Translations under genes and position numbers: made by a program | From: an uncultured Candidatus Actinomarina sp. | Lineage (GTDB): Bacteria > Actinomycetota > Acidimicrobiia > Actinomarinales > Actinomarinaceae | Length of the DNA: 64,000 bases | Direction: 5' to 3' | Assembly (NCBI GenBank): GCA_902576605.1 | Contig: CACGVI010000002.1 | Span: 7,422 to 71,421, forward strand | In this document: piece by piece, positions 57,547-64,000 of the stretch | Position numbering within the stretch: the stretch's first letter is position 1 | Layout: every line of letters begins with the position of its first letter | The notes under the pieces: model-generated | Told to the model about the DNA's origin: nothing | Databases searched by the model: none | The model's input: the letters and a program-made list of their open reading frames with translations, nothing else

Positions 57547-58039
57547 TTTGAGTTTCCATTATTTCTAATACTTTACTTGTAGTATCTTTTACATTTTCAT
57601 TTGAAATTTTATATTCCATCATTTCGTATCTTTTTATTCTATTTTTATATCTACTTTCAAGAAATTCTCTTCCGTTACTGACTAATGGCCTGTTACTATT
57701 TTTAATTCTTTCCCAAAGGCTTTCAAAGTTAAGACTTAAATAAATGGTTTGGTGACTTTTAAGTAAATTCTCAAAAATATTGTCATTTTCTATCACACCA
57801 CCACCTAAAGAAATTAAATCAAATTTGTTTTGATTTGCAAAAAATTCTTTTTCTTCAATTTCCCTAAAAAAAGTCTCTCCTTTTTTTTCAAAAATATTTT
57901 CTATTTGACCATACTTATTCTCTATATTTTCATCCAAATCAATACACCTATATTTAGTTTGTCTTTTAATGTTGTTTAAAATCGTAGTTTTGCCAACACC
58001 CATAAACCCACATAAATAAAATGAATTATTCATTTTCAT
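57539..58039 (-). CDS. aroK: shikimate kinase
   Basis: 166 aa with the GFMGVGKTT P-loop and LGGG. Confidence 0.85.
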   Translation of the reverse strand: MKMNNSFYLCGFMGVGKTTILNNIKRQTKYRCIDLDENIENKYGQIENIFEKKGETFFREIEEKEFFANQNKFDLISLGGGVIENDNIFENLLKSHQTIYLSLNFESLWERIKNSNRPLVSNGREFLESRYKNRIKRYEMMEYKISNENVKDTTSKVLEIMETQNV

Positions 58040-59207
58040 ATTTCATAGACCATGTTTTATTTGCCAAATTAAAACTATCAAGAGTTATGTCTTTTATTTC
58101 ATTAATTCGTTTAAAAATTACTTCTTTATTATCTCCACCTGTATTTTCAATCAGAGAATTTAATAAATCTATAGATATTACACTTTCAAAAATAGGCACA
58201 GCTCTAGGTACAGCGCAGGTGTCAGACCTTTCATAGGTAGTTTCTGTCTCTTTCTGTGATGCCAGGTCTACGCTCTTTATAGGAGTCAAAGTTGTACTTA
58301 TAGGTTTTAAATAAGAAGTTATCATAATAGGCTCTCCAGTTGACATGCCTCCCTCAAATCCACCTAAATTATTTGTAATTCGTTCTACATTTTGTTCATT
58401 TAAAACTATTTGATCTTGTACAGCAGTACCAAAATCTTTAGATGCCTCTATACCACTGCCAACCTCAACTGCTTTAACGCTCTGTACAGACATCATTGAT
58501 GAGACAAGTTTTGCATCTAGCTTTCTATCAAAATGAACATAGCTACCACAACCTGCAGGAAAATTTTTTGCCACTAATGTTATAGAGCCACCTAATGTGT
58601 CTTTTTTCTTTCTTGCCTTTAAAATTTCATTTATCATTAATTCACTTGTTTCCTTATTTGGACAGGACACTTCAGATTCATCAACAAGTTTTTTAATTTG
58701 ACCTATGTCTTCTAAATTAATATTTTCTAACTTTTGCTCACCAATAGATGAAACATAACCAACAACTACAACTCCAAGTTGATTTAAAATTTGATGACAG
58801 ATAGCTCCAATTGCACATCTAATTGCAGTTTCACGAGCACTTGCTCTTTCGAGTGAAAGCCTTATATCATCATGTTGATACTTAAATGTCCCAACTAAGT
58901 CAGCATGTCCTGGACGAGGAACTACGAAAGGTTCTATTTCTTTATCCTTCCAATTTTTCCAGTCTTTATTGATTATCTTTATTGTTATCGGACCACCAGT
59001 TGATAAATTATTAATGACTCCAGAAGTAATTAAAACCTCATCTTTTTCAATATTCATTCTTCCGCCAGAACCTAAAGATTTTTGCCTTCTTGCAAGAAAC
59101 TCGTCAATATAATTTTTACTTACTTCAAAATTTGATGGAATGCCTTCTATAATTGCTGTTAATTCTGGTCCATGACTCTCACCAGCAGTCAAATATTTAA
59201 TTTTCAT
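58026..59207 (-). CDS. aroC: chorismate synthase
   Basis: LTAGESHGPELTAIIEGIP, GRMNIE-type GGRMN and RPGHADL. Confidence 0.95.
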   Translation of the reverse strand: MKIKYLTAGESHGPELTAIIEGIPSNFEVSKNYIDEFLARRQKSLGSGGRMNIEKDEVLITSGVINNLSTGGPITIKIINKDWKNWKDKEIEPFVVPRPGHADLVGTFKYQHDDIRLSLERASARETAIRCAIGAICHQILNQLGVVVVGYVSSIGEQKLENINLEDIGQIKKLVDESEVSCPNKETSELMINEILKARKKKDTLGGSITLVAKNFPAGCGSYVHFDRKLDAKLVSSMMSVQSVKAVEVGSGIEASKDFGTAVQDQIVLNEQNVERITNNLGGFEGGMSTGEPIMITSYLKPISTTLTPIKSVDLASQKETETTYERSDTCAVPRAVPIFESVISIDLLNSLIENTGGDNKEVIFKRINEIKDITLDSFNLANKTWSMKYENE

Positions 59208-60012
59208 GATCTATCCTTTCTAAAATTTCCTTGTAAACTTCGTTAAATTTTATACTTTGTCCTGTCCATATGTTAAACGATGAAATTGCTTGAGCAATTA
59301 ACATTATTGTTCCATCAATGGATGTTACATTTTTAGGAAGTTCACTTGTTAATTTCTTTGATACGCCGTATCCAAAGTTATAAAACAATTTTAATTTTGA
59401 GAAATTTGGAAGTCTTATTGGAAGTTTTTCGTTTTCATATGGTGGCATTCCCAGTGGCGTAGTATTTATAATGACCTCAATATTACTAGCAATCTCATTA
59501 AGATCTGAATAAGTTAAGTCTCCATCCTTTTTATTTCTAGACACTGTGTAAACATTATTATTTTCTGACAACGTATACTGTGCAGTTTGCGCACTTCCTC
59601 CACTGCCAAGAATAAGAACATGTTTGTTATTAATATCAAAATTTAAAAATTCAAAAGTTTGATTTATACCATCCACATCTGTGTTTGATAATGAAACAAT
59701 ATTGTCATCTACTTTTACGGTATTTACAGCTTTAATGTTATCAACTGCTAATGACCTCGAAACATTTTTTAAATCTTTAGATAAGTTATAAATGTTTTCT
59801 TTATGAGGTATTGTTATGTTATATCCATCAAAATTATTATTTAAACTTTCAAAGATATCTAAAGTGAAATTTTCAATTGGTAATTTTTTATAAGTAACAT
59901 CAACATTAAAAATCTCAGAGAGAGTTTGATGAATATTTGGAGAAAATGTCTTTATTAATGGCCAACCTATTATCCCTAATCTAATTGTCATAATTTGCTC
60001 CAATTTTTTCAA
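59197..60012 (-). CDS. aroE: shikimate 5-dehydrogenase
   Basis: LGIIGWPLIKTFSPNIH, NITIPHK, NTD and LGSGGSAQ. Confidence 0.85.
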   Translation of the reverse strand: MKKLEQIMTIRLGIIGWPLIKTFSPNIHQTLSEIFNVDVTYKKLPIENFTLDIFESLNNNFDGYNITIPHKENIYNLSKDLKNVSRSLAVDNIKAVNTVKVDDNIVSLSNTDVDGINQTFEFLNFDINNKHVLILGSGGSAQTAQYTLSENNNVYTVSRNKKDGDLTYSDLNEIASNIEVIINTTPLGMPPYENEKLPIRLPNFSKLKLFYNFGYGVSKKLTSELPKNVTSIDGTIMLIAQAISSFNIWTGQSIKFNEVYKEILERIDHEN

Positions 60013-61297
60013 GATCTGAAAAAAAACTAGGGTATGAATCTGAAATACAGTTTATGTTATCTGGTTTAATTCCGTCATTAATTGCTAGGTTTGCAATTAC
60101 ACCAGTCATAGCTATTCTGTGGTCCTCAAAAGTTTTAATTTGTCCTGATTTGAGTTTTTGAGGACCGTTAACTTTAAACCCATCAGGGTTAACCTCTATT
60201 TCTCCACCAAGAGTTTTAATAAATTTTTCCATAGATTCTATACGGTCTGATTCTTTTAGTCTCAACTCACCTGCACCACTTACTGTAGTTATTCCCTTTG
60301 CTTGAGTTGCCAAAAGGGTAAATATTGGAAATTCATCTACCATGTCAGATACGTCTTCGTTACTAACCTTGATAGCAGAGAGATTAGATTTTGAAACATG
60401 TATATCTCCTACTGATTCATTATTTTTGACTTCTAAATTTTCGATTGATATTTTTGCGTTCATTCTCTTTAATATCTTGAGGAAACCAATTCTTCTCTCA
60501 TTAAGTAAAACATTTTTGATGATTAATTTTTTACTTTTCATTAGCCCAAGTCCTATCAAAAAAGCTGCTGAAGAAGGATCTCCAGGAACAATATAATCCA
60601 TACTTCTAAGGCTTTGTACAGGCTCTATTGTTATAGAATTGCCAAGTCTTACGGTATTTACTCCCATTAAATTTAACATTCGTTCAGTGTGATCTCTTGT
60701 TGGCAACTCTTCAGTAACAGTCGTTGGAAATTCATCATGATATAGTGATGCAAGAAGAAATCCACTTTTAACTTGTGCACTTGGTTTATCTGAATGAATA
60801 CTTTCGAATTTATAATCTTTTGGTTCAAAATTAATTGGTAATTTACCATTGGAATCTTTTATATCAGCACCCTTTTCATTGAGCGGCTTGACTACTCTCT
60901 TCATTGGACGTTTGATTAATTGAGAACTACCTGTTAATTCAGTGCTGAAATTTTGTTTTGACAGTAGACCTATAAGAAGCCTTGCAGTTGTACCAGAATT
61001 TACTGCATCAAGTGAATTATTAGGTTGTTTTAAGCCACGTAACCCTACTCCGTGAATCTCAACTTCATTGTTGTTTGTTTCATTTATTTCTACACCTAAT
61101 TGTCTAAAAATATGTATCGTAGCTTTAGTATCTCCTGACAATAAAATATTTTTGATTCTTGAAACTCCAGTTGCTAAAGAGCAGAGAATTACTGCTCGAT
61201 GAGAAAGAGATTTGTCACCAATAATACTCAAAGAGCCTTGAATTTTCACTATGTGAGGTCTCTTTCTCCAAATTTGTCTGCTAAGGCTCTTCGCCAA
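59981..61297 (-). CDS. aroA: 3-phosphoshikimate 1-carboxyvinyltransferase (EPSP synthase)
   Basis: IIGDKSLSHR, NSGTTARLL, KESDR and DHRIAM. An alternative in-frame GTG start at 61249 overlaps the tyrA stop by 1 nt. Confidence 0.9.
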   Translation of the reverse strand: MAKSLSRQIWRKRPHIVKIQGSLSIIGDKSLSHRAVILCSLATGVSRIKNILLSGDTKATIHIFRQLGVEINETNNNEVEIHGVGLRGLKQPNNSLDAVNSGTTARLLIGLLSKQNFSTELTGSSQLIKRPMKRVVKPLNEKGADIKDSNGKLPINFEPKDYKFESIHSDKPSAQVKSGFLLASLYHDEFPTTVTEELPTRDHTERMLNLMGVNTVRLGNSITIEPVQSLRSMDYIVPGDPSSAAFLIGLGLMKSKKLIIKNVLLNERRIGFLKILKRMNAKISIENLEVKNNESVGDIHVSKSNLSAIKVSNEDVSDMVDEFPIFTLLATQAKGITTVSGAGELRLKESDRIESMEKFIKTLGGEIEVNPDGFKVNGPQKLKSGQIKTFEDHRIAMTGVIANLAINDGIKPDNINCISDSYPSFFSDLEKIGANYDN

Positions 61298-62085
61298 TCA
61301 ACAGTATCTGACAAATAATCTAACATAATTTTTTCGTCATTAATTTTTTGAATTTTTTCAAGTTCTGATATTAATTTATCAATTAAATCTTTGACATTGT
61401 CAACATTTGTTAAGTACATATCAGAAATCATATTTGGTGAAGTCCTAGATAGACGAGTAGCTCCATCAAAACCCCCGGAAGCTAAATTTATCAATTCGTT
61501 TAAATCTTGTTCTTTCATAGCAAGCGATACTAAGGCTGAACTTAGAATATGCGGCAAGTGACTTGTCAATGAAATTAACTCGTCGTGTTTAGATTGATCA
61601 ATCCATATCTCTTTAGATTCAATAGCTCGTACAAATTCTGAAACTAGTGCTTTGCTTTGTTCATCTGTTGACTTTGTTTCACATAGCAAAAATGGAGCAC
61701 CTTCATACATTTCAGGAGTCGGCACCCATGTACTATTATCAGCAACACCACATAATGGATGTCCACCTATTGAAGGAATAGTAGATGTATCCATTTTTTT
61801 ACATATAAGCTCTTTTGTACCTCCCAGGTCAACAATAGCTTTTGTTTTCAGAGATAGTGGTGAATCAAAATAGTTGATAATTTCATTTATAGGTGTAGCC
61901 AAAACGGTAAGATCATAATCTATTGATTCTTTATGATCCAGCGAAAGAGCACCGAGCTCTTTTGCACGCCCTACATTTTTTTTTGAAATATCAGATCCAC
62001 TTACTTTAATGCCACTATTAACCAACTTGATTCCCAAATTAGCTCCCATTAGACCAAGACCAATAATATGAACTTTTTTTAGCAT
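61249..62085 (-). CDS. tyrA: prephenate dehydrogenase
   Basis: VHIIGLGLMGANLG (NAD fold), GGHPLCG and SHLPHILS. Confidence 0.85.
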   Translation of the reverse strand: MLKKVHIIGLGLMGANLGIKLVNSGIKVSGSDISKKNVGRAKELGALSLDHKESIDYDLTVLATPINEIINYFDSPLSLKTKAIVDLGGTKELICKKMDTSTIPSIGGHPLCGVADNSTWVPTPEMYEGAPFLLCETKSTDEQSKALVSEFVRAIESKEIWIDQSKHDELISLTSHLPHILSSALVSLAMKEQDLNELINLASGGFDGATRLSRTSPNMISDMYLTNVDNVKDLIDKLISELEKIQKINDEKIMLDYLSDTVDWRRALADKFGERDLT

Positions 62086-63098
62086 TAAAGTGACCTTCCG
62101 ACCGCCTTTGCGACAATCGATGCTTTGCTTATCAAAGTTTCTAATTCGCTAGGTAGTAACGCTTGTGGACCATCACATAAAGCTTCTTCCGGCCTTGGGT
62201 GGATTTCAATTAATAACCCATCAGCCCCAGCAGCTATAGCTGCTAACGCAACTGGTTCAACTAAAGTATTATCACCTGTCGCATGACTAGGATCAGCAAT
62301 TATAGGTAAATGACTGTTCTGCTTCAAAAAAGGAATAGCATTTATATCAAATGTATTCCTTGTGGCTGTCTCATATGTTCTAATCCCTCTTTCACACAAC
62401 ATAACATTCTCATTTCCTCTAGACAAGATGTATTCACTTGCAAGTAATAACTCATCCAATGTTGCAGACATTCCTCGTTTTAACAAAACAGGAAGCTCTG
62501 ATTCACCAACAGCTTCGAGGAGTTTGAAATTCTGCATGTTTCTTGCACCAATTTGTAGAACATCTACATATTTTTCCATCATTGATAAATGTTGCGCATC
62601 CATTATTTCACTAAAGAGAGGTAATGAAGTTATTTCGGAGGCCTCCTTTAGCATTTTTAATCCATCTTCACCCAATCCCTGGAAACTATATGGAGAAGTT
62701 CTTGGCTTAAATGCACCACCTCTCAAACCATTTGATCCTGCATCCTTTGCAGCCATTGCAGTTTCAATTGTTTGTTCCTGTGTCTCCGCACTGTCTGGGC
62801 CAGCAATAATTGCGATTTCATCGCCACCAATGGTTAGATTTTGTATTTGAATAATGGAATTTTTCTTTTTGTAGTTTTTGCTCGCAAGTTTATATGGTTT
62901 TCCTACTGGAATAACTCTACTTACATTTGGTAAAAGCTTCATCACGGCTCGGTGATCATCATTCACTTTTCCACTAACTGCCACAACACTTCTTTCAACA
63001 CCGTTTATAACAAGTGGTTCATGTCCTTGCTGTATGGCTTTTTCTTTTACTTTCTCAATATCTTCATCAGAATGAGACTGCTTCATTACTACTATCAA
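62085..63098 (-). CDS. aroF: DAHP synthase, type I-beta with N-terminal ferredoxin-like regulatory domain
   Basis: TTG start giving MIVVMK. LRGGAFKPRTSPYSFQGLGEDGL, IGARNMQNF, LLKRG, CERGIRT and DPSH. The architecture resembles the Thermotoga-type enzyme. Confidence 0.9.
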   Translation of the reverse strand: MIVVMKQSHSDEDIEKVKEKAIQQGHEPLVINGVERSVVAVSGKVNDDHRAVMKLLPNVSRVIPVGKPYKLASKNYKKKNSIIQIQNLTIGGDEIAIIAGPDSAETQEQTIETAMAAKDAGSNGLRGGAFKPRTSPYSFQGLGEDGLKMLKEASEITSLPLFSEIMDAQHLSMMEKYVDVLQIGARNMQNFKLLEAVGESELPVLLKRGMSATLDELLLASEYILSRGNENVMLCERGIRTYETATRNTFDINAIPFLKQNSHLPIIADPSHATGDNTLVEPVALAAIAAGADGLLIEIHPRPEEALCDGPQALLPSELETLISKASIVAKAVGRSL

Positions 63099-63110
63099 TT
63101 TTCCTCCTCA

Positions 63111-63139
63111 AAATAAAAAAATCGGGCTTTTGCCCGATT
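63111..63139 (-). terminator. intrinsic terminator of the aro leader (attenuator helix 3:4)
   Basis: Reverse strand: AAUCGGGC-AAAA-GCCCGAUU followed by UUUUUAUUUU. It ends 2 nt before the GAGGAGG Shine-Dalgarno of aroF. Confidence 0.8.
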
Positions 63140-63163
63140 ACACACAACGTACTTTAGGGCAAC

Positions 63164-63208
63164 CTATATGTGCTCTCTAAAGTAAAAGTATGTGTTATTT
63201 AATTTCAT
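63164..63208 (-). CDS. 14-aa leader peptide MKLNNTYFYFREHI (Tyr/Phe regulatory codons)
   Basis: It contains the only ATG in the 153-nt aroH-aroF spacer. Codons 7-10 are UAC UUU UAC UUU. The UAG stop abuts the antiterminator segment. No obvious Shine-Dalgarno. Confidence 0.6.
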   Translation of the reverse strand: MKLNNTYFYFREHI

Positions 63209-63251
63209 TAACAGATATGTTAGCAGAGTATTTAGCTTTGCAAATAAATTT

Positions 63252-63596
63252 TTATCTATCGGGTCTCAATTTTTTGGCATCATCTAAATAAACATGATTA
63301 ACTTCTGTTAAATCTTTGTTTAAATAGACCAATATGCGAATGCATCCTGAAAGATCACCATCTATATCTGGTGCAAGAGTGTCTAAAGCGGCAACAGATG
63401 TCATTTCAAGCTCCCGAAATGCTTTTGCTGGAAAAGCTACAGAAATATCCGAAGTTACTGTAAAAATAGCAAATTCTATATCATTTTCAGTTATTGCATT
63501 CTTAATTAGAATTTCACTAATAAGTTTCTTTGAAGAAGACATAATGCTTTCTTCATTATTTTCAACGACTGCAATCGCTCCACGTATGCTTTTCAT
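63252..63596 (-). CDS. aroH: AroH-class monofunctional chorismate mutase
   Basis: 114 aa with MKSIRGAIAV, AFPAKAFRE, CIRILVY and HVYLDDAKKLRPD, parallel to Bacillus AroH. Confidence 0.85.
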   Translation of the reverse strand: MKSIRGAIAVVENNEESIMSSSKKLISEILIKNAITENDIEFAIFTVTSDISVAFPAKAFRELEMTSVAALDTLAPDIDGDLSGCIRILVYLNKDLTEVNHVYLDDAKKLRPDR

Positions 63597-63615
63597 AATA
63601 TTTGTATACTATATA

Positions 63616-63643
63616 AAAAGAGTGGAACGATGTCCACTCTTTT
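63616..63643 (-). terminator. rho-independent terminator downstream of groEL
   Basis: Reverse strand: AAAAGAGUGGA-CAUCGU-UCCACUCUUUU followed by UAUAU. Confidence 0.75.
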
Positions 63644-63665
63644 TTAATTCTTAGATGTAAATTTG

Positions 63666-64000
63666 TTACATCATACCTTCCATGCCACCCATTCCGCCTG
63701 GAGGCATTGGTGGTTCATCTTCTGGCTCTTCTGCAATTAACGCTTCTGTAGTTAATACCAATGAAGCTATTGAGGTTGCATTTTGAACAGTTGATCTTGT
63801 TACTTTTGCAGGATCAATTACGCCTTCTTTAACCAAGTCAGTTGTTTCTCCAGTTGCTGCGTTAAGTCCTACATTTCCTTTTTCAGATTTAACTTTTTCA
63901 ACCATTACGCCACCTTCGTAACCAGCATTTACTGCTATTTGTCTAAGTGGAGCCTCAAGGGCTTTTTGAACTATGTTCCTTCCAACTATCTCTCCTTCAG
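63666..64000 (-). CDS. groEL: chaperonin GroEL, C-terminal part (5' end outside the window)
   Basis: [47 protein letters not shown] and a terminal [12 protein letters not shown]. The open frame continues to the window edge. Confidence 0.95.
   Translation of the reverse strand, partial: EGEIVGRNIVQKALEAPLRQIAVNAGYEGGVMVEKVKSEKGNVGLNAATGETTDLVKEGVIDPAKVTRSTVQNATSIASLVLTTEALIAEEPEDEPPMPPGGMGGMEGMM

Noticed and set aside
63209-63251. A TTGCAA...TAACAT promoter-like pair upstream of the aro leader ATG, which would make the leader transcript leaderless.
   Set aside because: The 15-nt spacer is suboptimal and there is no independent support. It is mentioned only as a possibility in the attenuator finding.
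1-64000. Global reassignment of TGA (code 4 or 25-like) as an explanation for the internal TGA at 50966.
   Set aside because: TGA closes well-defined genes at positions consistent with homologue lengths. Examples are htrA at 33548..33550 and sdhC at 35931..35933, and a TGA also bounds the aroQ frame at 56565..56567.
1-64000. A search for CRISPR arrays, transposases, integrases, prophage or defence islands.
   Set aside because: I saw no regularly spaced direct repeats and no recognisable mobile-element or defence genes. The only tandem repeat is a 12-nt in-frame duplication, and the only dispersed hairpins are terminators.

Overview
A 64 kb, visibly AT-rich (about one third G+C by eye, not computed), very gene-dense chromosomal segment. 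Many neighbouring genes share 1-50 nt overlaps. The gene content points to a streamlined actinobacterium (inference): a WhiB regulator, the UPF0182 membrane protein next to a PDZ/Lon-type protease, pcrA-sucC-sucD, and a type II dehydroquinase. A marine low-GC lineage of the Actinomarinales type is a reasonable guess. The window is almost entirely core metabolism. It holds sdhCDAB, mdh, icd, sucCD and a mitochondrial-type aconitase. It also has a LIV-type ABC importer with an embedded acyl-CoA ligase, lipid genes (plsY, plsC, uppP), an initiator tRNA-fMet, and a 10-gene aromatic amino-acid operon covering the whole shikimate pathway plus the Phe and Tyr branches. I found no rRNA, CRISPR array, transposase, integrase or prophage signal.

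The points most worth a second look are:
1. A membrane-anchored thioredoxin-fold gene whose first CxxC cysteine is an in-frame TGA (UxxC), followed by a SECIS-like hairpin. The ORF track splits and truncates this gene.
2. A classical leader-peptide attenuator (MKLNNTYFYFREHI, three mutually exclusive helices, intrinsic terminator) directly in front of DAHP synthase.
3. Three genes (aroQ, an EamA transporter, nfeD) whose conserved N-termini lie upstream of any ATG/GTG/TTG. Each has a Shine-Dalgarno motif 4-5 nt before an in-frame ATT or ATA.
4. A 737-codon GH57 ORF at the left edge that is absent from the ORF track.
5. A perfect 7-1-7 palindrome between a Fur-family gene and an orphan CbiQ/CbiO module.
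6. A bacterial translin/TRAX-like protein.

All functional calls rest on motif recognition by eye. No database search was run.
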